This document shows positions 33,617 to 45,444 of a stretch of 64,000 bases of DNA, in pieces. Each line of letters begins with the position of its first letter. Position 1 is the first letter of the stretch. Made by a program: the position numbers and the translations under genes. Origin of the DNA: Schizochytrium sp. TIO01 (Eukaryota; Protista; Bigyra: Labyrinthulomycetes); the NCBI GenBank assembly GCA_004764695.1, contig SMSO01000007.1, positions 186,001-250,000 of the forward strand, read 5' to 3'. The notes under the pieces were generated by a model that saw nothing but the letters and a program-made list of their open reading frames with translations, was not told the DNA's origin and did no database searches.

Positions 33617-36600
33617 ATGCAGCAGCAACAGCAGCAGCAGAACCAGCAGCAGGACCAGCAGCAGCAGAATCAGCAGCAGCAGCGGCAGCAAGAACAACAA
33701 TTATTTGATAACGGAGAACAATATAATGACGCTGTGCGGTATCAACAGTTTGGGATGAATTTAAGACAGGCCCCGACCCATGCCTTAGCTGATGGGTCGC
33801 TGGACACGACGATGCTCGACACAGGGCACAATTACGACTTGGGCTTTGCAGGGCCAGGAGCAATTCAATACGAGATAGTTGATGATGATTTACTTGGTGC
33901 CTCAAATGTAGGCACCGAGCCTGGAGCCGAGGTTGAAAGCTCGATTGAAGGTGAAACCACAGAGCCCCAAATACCAGGCAATTCGGAAACACAAGAACAG
34001 GAAAGTCGAGATGTCGAAGTTTCTGAAGAGTTACTTGAATTATCTGAAAACGAAGAAGGTCGTTCAAATATTATAGATAACCGCATGGAGCAGGTCAAAT
34101 CTCTATTGTTGAGATGCAAGAATATGAAAGTACAACATAATTGTCTCGTTTGTCTTCGCAGGCTCTGCGAGACCATTCATGGGAGGTACGGGGTGATTAA
34201 CCAAAGTGTAGTTCACATCATACTTGCTATTCTAAAGAAGTCCATCGAAGACGAAGAGTTAATCAGTCAACGAGAGTGCCTTCATATCATAAGAGGCCTC
34301 TCACTGATTGAAAACGGCCGGGCAGAATTAGGCACACATGATATTGTCGAAATCCTCGTGAGATTGATAGCTTCCGAAGATGAAGAGGTACGCTGCAGTG
34401 CACTGCGTGCTACGTTCAACCTTTCAGTTGTGGATGCTGCAACCCGAAAGTCAATTGTGGACTGTGGTGCGCTGCCCCATCTTATTGAAGCCTCCCAACA
34501 CCCTTCTGATGGACAATGTGCTGCCGTGGGAACTCTGGCCAATCTTGCAACTGAAACTGAGATAAAACGTGCGATTGTGTGCGAGCACAATGGCCTCAAA
34601 CCTCTGCTGGAGTTGTTGCGGTCCAACGATACATCCATTCTCACTCATGCCTGTCGTGCTCTCTTTGCGATTGCTGCAAATGACGAAAATAAACTCGCTA
34701 TCACTGATGCGAACGGTTTGCCATTGCTAGTTAATTGTATGGTATCAGTATGTGATGCCGTTCGCATGAATGCGACGGGTGCAATCGCAAACCTAGCCAT
34801 TCATCCCGTCAACAAACGCAAACTTGTGGAGGGGGGAGTACTTCCTCACTTACGCAATCTGGCTTTCTTCCCTAATGCCAAGATCCAGCGTCAGGTGGCC
34901 CGCTGCCTCTTTGCCCTCGCTGCGCATAGTGAAAACCGCAAGGCAATTCTTGAAGAGCGCTGTCTGGAGGCTCTGGTTGTCCTCCTCAATTCTTCGAGCA
35001 CCGATGTGCAAGTCAATGCAGCTGGAGCTATCGGTAACATTGCCATGACCGACGAATTCAAGCGTCGTGTCGTAAGCTCTGGAGCTCTTCTGCGCCTCAT
35101 TGATCTTGCAGCATCAACTGATGTTCGCGTGCAACGTCAAGCTGCACGAGCTATCTTTACGCTGACAGCTAAGGAGTTCTCGAAGAAAAAGTTAGCCTGC
35201 CATCCAGAAGGGCTTCACAATTTAATTAATCTTACTAAATCTACCAATGAGGAAATCCAGCGAGATGCCGCTGGTGCCTTGGCTAATATGGCCATTGGAA
35301 GTGAAAACAAGGACCGAATTGTGGAGCTAGGAGGTCTTCTGCCGTTAATTGAATTGCTGAAGTCCAAGATCGTTGCTGTCCAACGCCAATCTGCGCGAGC
35401 TATCTTTGCTCTTGCGGGCAATGCAAGCAACCAGTTGTCTATTCTCAATGCGAACGGTTTGAAACCTTTGATTGATCTGCTTGGTTCTAAGAACGACGAA
35501 GTCCAAAAACATGCTGCAGGAGCTATTGCGAACATGGCTAACCGGCACCCCGCTGAAGTCGTTAAGTTCGAGGCGCTCCCCAAATTAGTCGAAATAGTAC
35601 TGACGCATCGCTCGCTCGAAGTACGACGCCAAGCCGCACGAGCAGTTTTTAACTTGACCCCTCAATGTAATCGCCGGGGTCAAATGGTTCTTACGTCTTA
35701 TGCTGGTATTGAAGGCGAACAACAGCGTGTGCGTCACGAGATGCGTTCTCTGTTTGAGAATGTACTCTCGTTGAATGTGCATAACAAATTGTATGAATTA
35801 CCTGTCCAAACGCGGTACCGTGTTTCGCCTAACGGCAAGATGCGTAAATGCGGTCCTGCTACCAAGAGTCTCAAGAGGCCAACCTTTGATTCAGAGTCTC
35901 TTGAGAATCGTGGCCAGAAGAGGTCCATCGATGGTTCCTTGACCAACGCCCTCGAAGATAAGAACGCAAGCTTTTCTTCCCGCTCAACTAAGAAGAACTC
36001 AGTTCTGTCTCATGATTTGATCGTTTCAGTTCCTATCAGTGATTCAGGCGTTTCTCTTGAAAATGAAAATGGAGAGCGTTCCTCTGTCAAATACATGGAC
36101 TTTTCTGGCCATGCTGCTATTCTCTCGGCAAGATGCGAGCACATCGCAGTAGAAGTAGAGAAAAAAATTAGTGAAATGAGCCGTGGGGTACAGAAGCGGC
36201 GCAAATCTGATGCGGAGGTGTCCATGATGGACATTGAAGAGGGAGGCGAGAGCAATGAGCTCCAGCAGAAATTACACATAGTTCTTGATGCCAAATATGC
36301 TACATCTAGAAACGTTTGGCTCGCCTTCATGGAGTATCTTTATACTGACTCAGTTCGTAAACATGCTCAAGTCCTTCGAACCGACATGTTGGTCGCTGAG
36401 AAACTAGGCACGCTTTCAAGGTTGATGGACCTACCCCGCTTGTGTTGCTTTTGTATGGAGCTTGCTCCTAAAATTAGTTCCAGGAACCCCACCTTTCGTC
36501 AGTTTACTCGTGATGACAAGGCCCGGGAGTCTACCTGGGTTAGGGACATGAGCAAGCTTCTTCCTGATTTTTCTGGGCATAAAAAGATGACCTCCAGCGG

Positions 36601-37501
36601 ATCTCTCCCCGATTTTACAGATATTGACATTTATGAGAGTGAAGTGACGTCACTTGATCTAACTCTCAAAAATTGCGGAGTCAATTTCGTGGATACGAAT
36701 AAGATGAGACCTTCCCAGGACCCTCTTTCGCGTCTTCAGCACGTTGATGAAATGTCATCATCACCGAAGCGTTTTAAAATCAACGACAGTCTTCACCAGC
36801 CAATCAATGCTAGTTCATCGCCTTCGAGGCCTCGATTTCCTGCACATAAGGTGATTCTCGCCTCCCGCTGCGCATACTTCAAGGCGCTGTTTGGAGGTAA
36901 CGCAAACTGGAAAGATTCTGCAACTGAATCTGTAAAGTTTTGTGCATCCCCTAAAGCTCTGAAGATTTTCCTGCGCTACCTATACTGTGGCCTTGACGGC
37001 GAGGTAGTAGCTGCTCTATCTGAAGATGCTTCCGTGACTTTGGAAGTCCTTGTTGTTGCGAACGAATACAATCTTGATGGCCTACAGCTGCTGTGCGAGA
37101 ATTCTTTGATTTCCCAATCTTGCATCAATGAGTCTACCATATCCGTTCTATTGCAAGAACTCGACCTCGTTCACGCACCACTTCTTCGTAGCATGTGTCT
37201 CCTACATTTTCTCGATATGTGGAAAAAATCGGAACTTTCTTTTGATGAATATATCAAGCACGGCCCTTTAAAATATGGCAATATTGTTCAGAATGATGAG
37301 AAGAAGAACATGCACTGCAGCACTGTGCGGAACAACGAGACTTTCATTAAGAATCTGAAGGAGGAGTTACTAGAGACTGGTAAGAAATGGGGCTACGTGG
37401 TGCCTAATCTGCCTACTGATCTGCCTACTGTTGGCAACACCAAACCTTATCACCCTGACGGTGAGGAACGCCACATGGAGGTTGAAATGAAGGAATACTG
37501 A
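33617..37501 (+). CDS. Armadillo-repeat + BTB/POZ domain protein (ARIA/ABAP1-like architecture) with N-terminal polyQ
   Basis: About 11-12 ARM repeats (e.g. DVQVNAAGAIGNIA, EIQRDAAGALANMA, EVQKHAAGAIANMA). BTB motifs FSGHAAILSARCEH...FMEYLYTD and FPAHKVILASRCAYFKALF...FLRYLYCG...ANEYNLDGLQLLCE. First ATG at 33617. Confidence 0.9.
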   Translation: MQQQQQQQNQQQDQQQQNQQQQRQQEQQLFDNGEQYNDAVRYQQFGMNLRQAPTHALADGSLDTTMLDTGHNYDLGFAGPGAIQYEIVDDDLLGASNVGTEPGAEVESSIEGETTEPQIPGNSETQEQESRDVEVSEELLELSENEEGRSNIIDNRMEQVKSLLLRCKNMKVQHNCLVCLRRLCETIHGRYGVINQSVVHIILAILKKSIEDEELISQRECLHIIRGLSLIENGRAELGTHDIVEILVRLIASEDEEVRCSALRATFNLSVVDAATRKSIVDCGALPHLIEASQHPSDGQCAAVGTLANLATETEIKRAIVCEHNGLKPLLELLRSNDTSILTHACRALFAIAANDENKLAITDANGLPLLVNCMVSVCDAVRMNATGAIANLAIHPVNKRKLVEGGVLPHLRNLAFFPNAKIQRQVARCLFALAAHSENRKAILEERCLEALVVLLNSSSTDVQVNAAGAIGNIAMTDEFKRRVVSSGALLRLIDLAASTDVRVQRQAARAIFTLTAKEFSKKKLACHPEGLHNLINLTKSTNEEIQRDAAGALANMAIGSENKDRIVELGGLLPLIELLKSKIVAVQRQSARAIFALAGNASNQLSILNANGLKPLIDLLGSKNDEVQKHAAGAIANMANRHPAEVVKFEALPKLVEIVLTHRSLEVRRQAARAVFNLTPQCNRRGQMVLTSYAGIEGEQQRVRHEMRSLFENVLSLNVHNKLYELPVQTRYRVSPNGKMRKCGPATKSLKRPTFDSESLENRGQKRSIDGSLTNALEDKNASFSSRSTKKNSVLSHDLIVSVPISDSGVSLENENGERSSVKYMDFSGHAAILSARCEHIAVEVEKKISEMSRGVQKRRKSDAEVSMMDIEEGGESNELQQKLHIVLDAKYATSRNVWLAFMEYLYTDSVRKHAQVLRTDMLVAEKLGTLSRLMDLPRLCCFCMELAPKISSRNPTFRQFTRDDKARESTWVRDMSKLLPDFSGHKKMTSSGSLPDFTDIDIYESEVTSLDLTLKNCGVNFVDTNKMRPSQDPLSRLQHVDEMSSSPKRFKINDSLHQPINASSSPSRPRFPAHKVILASRCAYFKALFGGNANWKDSATESVKFCASPKALKIFLRYLYCGLDGEVVAALSEDASVTLEVLVVANEYNLDGLQLLCENSLISQSCINESTISVLLQELDLVHAPLLRSMCLLHFLDMWKKSELSFDEYIKHGPLKYGNIVQNDEKKNMHCSTVRNNETFIKNLKEELLETGKKWGYVVPNLPTDLPTVGNTKPYHPDGEERHMEVEMKEY

Positions 37502-37581
37502 GGAGATTCAAACTGTCATCGTTATACCTGACTTAGTAGTAGAACTCAGCACTCTAATCAAATCAGCTAGTTGTATCTGTC

Positions 37582-37812
37582 TCATCTGAGACAGATAACC
37601 CACCCCCCCCACCCCCCCTCCCGGGGGCCCTTGATGTCTCTTCTGGGTGAGTTTCAACATAAACTGAAGTTTTACCTTCGAAGGTATCTTACAGATAGTT
37701 GAAAGTGCATCATCTGAGACAGATAATCCATTTCCCCCCTCCCTTAATGTCTCTTCTGGGTGAGCTTCAACATAAACTGATGCTTTACCTTCGAAGGTAT
37801 CTTACAGACAGA
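37582..37812. repeat. Tandem duplication (~128-bp period, x2) downstream of the ARM-BTB stop, containing palindromes
   Basis: TCATCTGAGACAGATAA...TGTCTCTTCTGGGTGAG...TACCTTCGAAGGTATCTTACAGA occurs at 37582 and 37710. Confidence 0.85.
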
Positions 37813-38726
37813 TCTTTCAAAGTGCGCACCAAATCATGATGAAATGAAGATGTAGTTAGCCAAAACTCTTTCCGTCTTTTAAAATGTGATTAGGATCAAA
37901 TATTTAGTGGTATGTATCACATTTTAAAACCATGGAAATCTTTTGGTAGACATGTCTTCATTCCAGAGAATTCTCTTTGCTCGGTAGGCGTATTTATCCA
38001 AAGCCAAAAAAAGAAAATGGAAAAGATACTGGCGCACGGAATTGCGCAAGAGTGCATAAGGATTTCAATTAAAAGAAAAACGATTTTCATGTTAGTAGTA
38101 TGTGGTCTTCCTAGATATTAAAGAAATTAAGGTTTAGATAATTACAAAACATGCGCTTGAAATTCCCCCACCCAAAGCAATTTTTAGCAAAAAGGCTCAT
38201 TAAGTGTCCGATGCAAATCGATTATCGTCGAAAATTCGATAGTAATTAAAGAAGCATCTATCTAGGTCAATTCTGTACTTTCCTCTCTAGGATGATAGAG
38301 TGTATTTGGTGGAATCCTCTATCATTAATTTAATACTTGTAATTTTTTACGTTTAATTCCCGTTCAATAGACTTTTGCCCTTATAGGTAAGAAAAGAAGG
38401 CACAAGGAACTCGATTGTATATTTCTTTATAGTAGCTTACATCTCATACGATTGGTGAGAGCATGGCATCTAGACACAATTACTGCACTCAAAACAAAGT
38501 AGTAATAGTTCGTCTGCTCGGCATCTTCCCTCGTGTGCAAACCAGGAAAAGCTATTTCTATCAGCAAATAGCAATTGAAATATTAGTAAATAGAATATTT
38601 TTCATCATGGTTGCAAAATCGTAGAAGATTATGGCAATGCGCGGTTTCCCTGTGTCACTCTCTTGAGGAGAATGAGCTAGCTGAGATTGGCGAATTCGCC
38701 AAATGAAGTGCCTTCTAATCATTTGT

Positions 38727-40031
38727 TCATGCTTGTTTAGGGCGCTTGCTCTGTGCTGTAAGTGGGCAAGGTTTTCGTGTAGCAAGTCTCAATAACAAAA
38801 CAAGATGAGTTGCCTGCAAGATAGCACTCGATTCTGCTGTTGAAGGATACACGTTAAAGCATACTTCTAGAGAAACGCAAATAAGAAGAGACAACGCGAA
38901 GTTTCCACCACTGGCGTACACTAAGAATGAGACAGTGTGAAAGTACCAAGTGTAGAATTGGTAATGGATGCTTCGCGCAAAAACGATGCCAATAAAGTTG
39001 CTTGTGAATAGGAGCGTCAAAACGTGAAGTTTCCAGTCATGCATTTGGACGGTTGAAATTGTGTCTTCAAGCGGAGCTTTCAGTGGTCGAACAATGCTCG
39101 TGTACACAAGGCCGCGAAGGCCACCTGTGTGAGAGGAAGCAAAATGGCGAGACCCAAAGCCGACCCATGTAAGTAAAGTGGCAGACAGCAGGCCTTGGGC
39201 AAGTGCCTTACTCACAAAAGCTTCAGGGCTGAGAAACTTGAAGTTTACTGTCCACTTGTACGTAAAGACACGACCTAGCTCAAAAGCCCGATTTAGATAC
39301 CCTGCTGCATTGACTTGGAGGAACGGCAAAGCTAAGGCAATCTGTGATGCTACGCAGATCACTGCCTGCAGTATGCTCGACGCCAAACCCGTAGCCTCGA
39401 GCATCAACACGGCTAATCCTGGCGCAAATAGGAGTATATTCATTTTCACGCTAAGTGCTGCGCTGAAGAAAGCCGTACCTAGCGTCCAACGCCTCCGCAC
39501 ATACATATATACTGCTGCATACATAAACACCATAGCAATGCCGTCGTTGAAGAGCCTCAGAACAAAGATTGAATGCACACGTCTCGATAATACTGCTAGA
39601 GGTCCTACCCAGAACGGCACTCTGCGAGGATCTTTTGATGCATCTGGCTGGTAGTATATGGATCCAAGTACAAGGTAAACAAGAATTGCATGCAGACTTG
39701 CAAAAAGTATCTGGCCTCGCCACAGGTTTGTGCCGTCTTCAGTGAGCCAGCGGATGCCCATATAAATATACACAAAACCAGCAGGATAAACCAGCGGGCC
39801 TGTGTCGCCCCTGAGTTTTGTATAGTCCCATTCATCATGCAGTAGGGGGCCTTCAACCTCTTGCATGTACGCTTTAAAGTCGATCTCCGTATAAGGCACG
39901 AGTTTCACAATAAGCAGGCTAAGTGCCAAGTCTGCCGTGGCTGCCATGGCCCACCACCACCACTGAGTGCTTGCATTGTCGAGGGCCCCTCGAAGACGTA
40001 CGAGGGCATCCTTACTCGCACGGAAAGACAT
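38727..40031 (-). CDS. ALG3: Dol-P-Man:Man5GlcNAc2-PP-Dol alpha-1,3-mannosyltransferase
   Basis: VPYTEIDFKAYMQEV, GDTGPLVYPAGFVYIY, RVHSIFVLRLFND, SVKMNILLFAPG, RVFTYKWTVNFKF and ARSIHYQFYTWY are ALG3 signature blocks; multi-TM. First ATG at 40031. Confidence 0.96.
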   Translation of the reverse strand: MSFRASKDALVRLRGALDNASTQWWWWAMAATADLALSLLIVKLVPYTEIDFKAYMQEVEGPLLHDEWDYTKLRGDTGPLVYPAGFVYIYMGIRWLTEDGTNLWRGQILFASLHAILVYLVLGSIYYQPDASKDPRRVPFWVGPLAVLSRRVHSIFVLRLFNDGIAMVFMYAAVYMYVRRRWTLGTAFFSAALSVKMNILLFAPGLAVLMLEATGLASSILQAVICVASQIALALPFLQVNAAGYLNRAFELGRVFTYKWTVNFKFLSPEAFVSKALAQGLLSATLLTWVGFGSRHFASSHTGGLRGLVYTSIVRPLKAPLEDTISTVQMHDWKLHVLTLLFTSNFIGIVFARSIHYQFYTWYFHTVSFLVYASGGNFALSLLICVSLEVCFNVYPSTAESSAILQATHLVLLLRLATRKPCPLTAQSKRPKQA

Positions 40032-41588
40032 CCTCAGCCCTGGCAAGCCGTCTAGTGCTCCTTGGTGAAGGAGTACAAATTGCAGAATTGACGACGTGCC
40101 AAGCTGTACTCCTCTAGAGATACTAGAACCGCCCTACAAAAAGCTGCAAAAATACCATCATTCCTGTTTTCGGATTTCACAAAACAGCTTGAATGCAATT
40201 TATGAACTTTTCCACAGATGATCAATACTTCAACTCACAAATGGTTAGCTTTGGCGCAGCAGTCTCTCAAAACCCACATTACTCATGAGCAAGTGTCTTG
40301 AAAGTAGGTGCAGTCTCTTCGCTTGGTAGACGACTCATTCCCATTCCGAGTGAAGGGACAATTCCAACCTGCAATAGAGAGATCAGGCAAACTGTCATAT
40401 GGATGTTAACAATATCATCCTAACCTATTGTCAACACAATAAGTGTCTTCAATTTTTTAAAGTTAAAAGTGCAGAGGTTATCTTTATCCCTATAGAAGTA
40501 GTAGTAACAAAGAAAAGAAAAAAACAAAAACAAAAACGATCATAGTATTCAGTTAAGCTAGATATAGAAGCCTCTGTGTTTCTATTGATGTTTAAAAAAG
40601 AAAAAAGGAAAAGTAACAAAGTAACGAATCCCTTCTTATTCTTTAAAAACCCTAGCTAGGCTTAATTACTTTCTATATTCTATATACGGACCTAGTAATA
40701 AATAATCCTAGAGCAGTATAGGCACATCTGCCATGGTGAGTGAGCTCAAAAAAAAAAAAAAAATCGCGGGGGAGAGGGAACATAGGAGAGAACAGGCGAA
40801 AATATGGGGGTAAATTATATTTCTCCTCACAAAAGCATTGTATTGGCGAGTTTTCTGATATGCATGTTATAAGATAAATGGTTTTTACTGGGGGGCATGA
40901 CATAACGTTTAGCTTTAAATCTAAAAGTGTTTATGGGCTTTGTTAATGGTTTAAGCAAGAACACACAGTGGTAACTCTCCTCTGAAAACAATTAAGTCTA
41001 CCGCCACTGGGTCTCCTCACAAGGTATACACAATAGAGCTTATGGTTGCACCATAATTATGTTTGTATTTGTATATAAGTTACACAGAAGCTAATACCAG
41101 ACTATTCTCAACAATTTGCGAACCTTGGCAAAGCGACCCAGGTTTCTGCGCTTGGACAATCTAAATGACGCGATACTAGACAAGTGAATGAAAGGAATTT
41201 TGGATAGAGAAGTATATTTCCTGGTTTTGATATAATTATTTCACAAAGTGGGAAGGTAACTTGGTGTAAGCCTAAAGAGGGATAGAAGAGAATACGAAAC
41301 TTAATCTAAAAGTACGAATGGTTGATGTAGTTTGCTTATAAAATTTGATGTAAAACCAGGGTATAAGATGTAGTGGGAGGGTTGCAATTAGTTTTTAAGG
41401 TAAGGCCAGCAAAAGTATTCGTTTCTTGCAAAGTCGATACAGGTGAAATTAGACCAATAACAGTAGCGATAGCGGTAGCGAAAAATATTTGCAGCAGCAT
41501 TGGTAGGAGGTAGCTTCCTGATCATAAGACGACGTATGAATCCATTTAATGAGCTTAGCTTACTAGTGACCTGTGTATCTACTGCTGC

Positions 41589-42707
41589 TTATTCGCTCTT
41601 GTCACCCGTGACGAGAAGCTTAGCAATGTCTGAGACGCTGACTACGCCGAGCGGTGTGCGGCTTTCGTCGCAGATGAAGGCGCGGTGCTTCTTTGTAAGC
41701 GCCAACTTGGCGATAATTTTACGGATAGGGGTATCCACATGCACAATGACAGCAGGAGCACGGGTGCTACCTTCTTTGTTGGTTGCAGTGAGCTCGACCA
41801 TGGACACAAAGTCGCCGCAGTTGAGGTCCATGAGAGCAAGAGACTCACGGCCGCCAGCCCTGACCTTCGCAGCCTCGTCGGTGATACTGACTTGCTGCTC
41901 GCCGTCAGTACGCTTAGTCTGTTCAGCGTTAAGACGTTGAAGAGCAGCCTCCTCCATGCTGCCAAAAAGGCGGATATCCTTGGTGGTGATAGAACTGAGC
42001 AGCTTACCCTCCTCGTCAAGCACACCAATCGCACTCACGCCATTCTCGATGATGAGGCGAAAGGCATCCTTGGCTTGCTGCGCCTCTGAGTCAACTGTCA
42101 GTACTTGACGAAGACCAAACCCACCAGAGTTTTTAGGAGTCCGCGAGAAGACCTCGGGGAGAGCTTGCTTTTTGCCCTCCATCTCCTTAAGGAGACCGTC
42201 CAAAACGTGTGTAACGTGAGACTGAGAAATAATCTTCTTGACTCGACCGTCAGGACCGATGACAGGAACCCTGCGAGTGGAGGTAGCAAGCAATGTCATG
42301 ACCTCCTTCATTTGAGTATCCTCGGTGACAGGGTGCCAAGCAGCGCCAGCCTCAACTCGGTCCTGATCCTCTTCCTCATTTTCGAAGATGCTGGCGACAA
42401 GAAGCTCTGTGCAGTCGGGGCAGGCAGACCCGGAGGTGGCGAGACGCAACGCGGTGGACTTCTTGAGCATGGAGTCGGGAATTGCGGAGATGAGCAAATC
42501 GACGCTGTAAATGAGAGCAAGGGCATCTGTAATGTCGAAGAATCCGAGGTACTTTTTCTGAGATGGGTCCCAGACGGGAGCCGAAAGAACCTTGTGCTTG
42601 ACGAGTTGGCGAAAAGCAGCATCAACAGTGTCTGTCTTCTTCACCTCAACAATGTCGCGTGCAGCGAACGGAAAGTCCGCGACCTTCTTAGTGGAGAAAA
42701 GATCCAT
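41589..42707 (-). CDS. CBS-domain (Bateman) protein, AMPK/SNF4-gamma- or SDS23-like
   Basis: Four CBS-like units: KVLSAPVWD...YLGFFDITD; TRRVPVIG...KIISQSHV; GVSAIGVLDEEGKLLSSITTKDI; KHRAFICD...PLGVVSVSDI. ATG in CCACCATGG context at 42707. Confidence 0.88.
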   Translation of the reverse strand: MDLFSTKKVADFPFAARDIVEVKKTDTVDAAFRQLVKHKVLSAPVWDPSQKKYLGFFDITDALALIYSVDLLISAIPDSMLKKSTALRLATSGSACPDCTELLVASIFENEEEDQDRVEAGAAWHPVTEDTQMKEVMTLLATSTRRVPVIGPDGRVKKIISQSHVTHVLDGLLKEMEGKKQALPEVFSRTPKNSGGFGLRQVLTVDSEAQQAKDAFRLIIENGVSAIGVLDEEGKLLSSITTKDIRLFGSMEEAALQRLNAEQTKRTDGEQQVSITDEAAKVRAGGRESLALMDLNCGDFVSMVELTATNKEGSTRAPAVIVHVDTPIRKIIAKLALTKKHRAFICDESRTPLGVVSVSDIAKLLVTGDKSE

Positions 42708-42730
42708 GGTGGAATGCTTTTTCAAATAGT

Positions 42731-43386
42731 CTGTCTGTGCGCGATTTATATGTATATATAGGTACGAAGAATGTCAGAATTGAAAGACGCGAGCAACCTT
42801 CGGAAGATATCACGTCAGGTAATATTCTCTGGCTCAAGCAGAAAGCTTCTTTTCCACGTGCAGGAGGTGATCACTCCAGCACAGGCCCTGAGGGTACTGC
42901 TGCTGCTTGCTGTACGGAGACGGGTAATCTAAAGCTCTCTTTACGTCTGTCTGCCCAGCTAGCTAGCTACCTAGCTACCTGTCTCTCAGTCTGGGTCAGA
43001 CCGAGGAAGATCAAGGCTGGTGTGAGGAAAAGATGCGCAGAGTGGAGATTGAAGAAGAGAGGGGGCGGTGTTGGCGAGAGCGCCTGAGGCGACTGAGTCC
43101 GCGGCGCTGTGCTGTGGCGGCTGCGAAACAGGATTTACCAGCTTTCTCCTCCTTCTCCTTCTTTCCACTGTTCTTCCTTTTGTTCTGCGCGACTGTTTCA
43201 TTCACCTCTTTCCTCCTAATATTATGGCAGTTCTTCCTTCCTTCCTCTTACATATATATATCTACCCATACATATATTATATTATATATATATATATATC
43301 TTTGCTTTTATTCAATTGTTTATATAAAATAAATATGTATCTTTGCTTTTATTCGGTTAGATTCGTATAAAATAAATAGAGCGTAC
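42731..43386 (-). other. Probable 5'-UTR intron of the CBS-domain gene
   Basis: Minus-strand donor AAG|GTACGC at 43386, CTGAC branch-like site near 42775, acceptor ACAG ending 42731, 24 nt before the ATG. No transcript evidence. Confidence 0.45.
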
Positions 43387-45376
43387 CTTACTTATTATGG
43401 GCACTTATTTCACTCTCGTGGAAAGCAGTTTCTTTATCTGTCATATCTGTCATGTCTAATAGATCATATCTGTCTGTCTGTCTATCCATCCGTTCATCCA
43501 CCCATCCGTTCGCTCGCTCGCTCTGTGAGGGAAGAGCAGCGCCGCAGAGCTCTTCAGGCCCCAAAGCGTCTGCAGCGCCACGCTCTCTGGTGCTCCATCG
43601 AGGTAGGCCGCTTGGATTCTTTGGAGGAGTCTGGATGAGGGAGCGAGCGACCATGAGGCAAAGGAAGGGCCTCATGGGATTTTGTATTGGAATTATAGGG
43701 GGGAAACGGGATGTCATCGACGGCAAGATCCGACTGCTGGGCTTTCTTTCTTCATTCTCTCCTTCATTCTCTCATTCTCTCGTCCTTTTGCGAAGCGGTC
43801 GAATAAAGGCGATGAGGCGGTAGAGCTGGGCCGATGGAGGTCTGAGGGGAGAATGGCGCGAAGGCAGGGAGCGATTCTGTCTTCCGCGCATTGTCCTTTT
43901 GGGGTTCGTTCGATCGTTCGTTGTTTCGTTCGTTCACGTTCATTTCGATTCGGGAGAGAAAAGTTTGTTTATTGTTTGTTATTTATTTATTTACTGTTGT
44001 GGGAAAGAGGAGAAAGAAAGAGTTTTGTTGATTGGTTTACAGATAGATAGATAGATATAGATAGATATAGATCTAATCTTCTTCTTCAAGTGGCGCTGCG
44101 AATGTGCGGAAATGGGCGACGGAGAGGGCGAAGGCGGCAGGAAGTCGTCGAGAGAACGCGGGAAACGATACGCTGATTGATCCATCGAAGACTGCATTTG
44201 TTTGCTCAAGTTTACCATCACCAATCTGCGAAAATTAACGGAGATTTTAGAGGTGAACTTAGTTTGGTTTCAGATTCTCTGGAGAGAGAATTATTTATTT
44301 ATTTTATTTTTTAATTAGAAAAGTTTAAAAAAAAAATAAAAAAATTGAAGGAAAAAGAAAGAAACAAGAGGAGGTCCAGGGGCGGGCGGAGCTGGTAGGA
44401 GTCGCTTAGCGGTCAGGATAGGACCTGTTCTGTTTGAGAAGGATGGTACGTTCTTGTAGATGCTGTGGACAGGGACGCAGGGAAGCAGTAGCAGCGGCAG
44501 TAGGAGCGGTAAGAGAGAGGTGAGAGATCCGGCAAGCGTGAAACTGGAGCAGATGCAGTGCGCAGGAGCTCGCGTTTGGCTACGCTGGGTCTGAAAAGGC
44601 CTCCATGAGGGAGCATTTGTGGAGCTCAGAGCGTGGAGAACGTACGCTGCGGCGCTGAACGCTGGGGAAAGCGGCGTGGTCTTGCGAGCTTTGGGTTTCG
44701 ACGGCACGGATTAAGTTCAAGAGGGCGTTCTTGCGATTTAAAGTTTCTACAAGTTTGGGGGGACAGCTGAAGGGCCTTCCTACTGTGCACTTTGTGATTG
44801 ACTTAGGGTTAAGAGAGGAAGGAGAGAGAAAGCGTCCGTCCTTAAAAGTGCAGGGGTTCCCGTGCCGCAGAGGTGGGGGCATCCAAGAAGTGGTTGAGGG
44901 GGCAGAGAAGGAGCATGCAAGAAGTGTCGGCGCGCAAGCCCTTTTTCACGCCTGGACGGCTCAGAGTACAGATCCTTGAGGTGCGAATGGGACGCGTAAT
45001 ATACCCCCACTAGGGCACTTGGTTTCAGCTACAGACGTCTTCTGAAACCCCGGTTGAACTCCCTCAGTTATGGAGCATCGTATCTAATGAGGGCACAAAA
45101 GGAGTCTTCTGGGAAGTGCGAGAGGTAAGTATAGGGGGTAGGGAGTGAGTCTGTGGGCAGCTGGAAGAATCCACTTTGAAATGAGCAACAAGGAACTTGT
45201 GAACCTGAACTCTCAAAGACGGGAGAATAATAATCAATCAGTGGAGACGGGCAGCGATGGGGAAAGGATGCCGTGGCTGATGAAATATGGTCTGAGAAAG
45301 AATGTTAATGATATTTATGTATGGAAATATGGAAAGTGCTGTAAAAGGCGTTGGAGAAAATGAAGAGTTGATGTTG

Positions 45377-45444
45377 TGTTCCTGGCATTGTCCCTTAGTT
45401 TTGGCACTGGTGTTCCTGGCATTGTCCATTAGTTTTGGCACTGG
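45377..45444. repeat. 34-bp tandem duplication
   Basis: TGTTCCTGGCATTGTCC[C/A]TTAGTTTTGGCACTGG x2. Confidence 0.9.
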
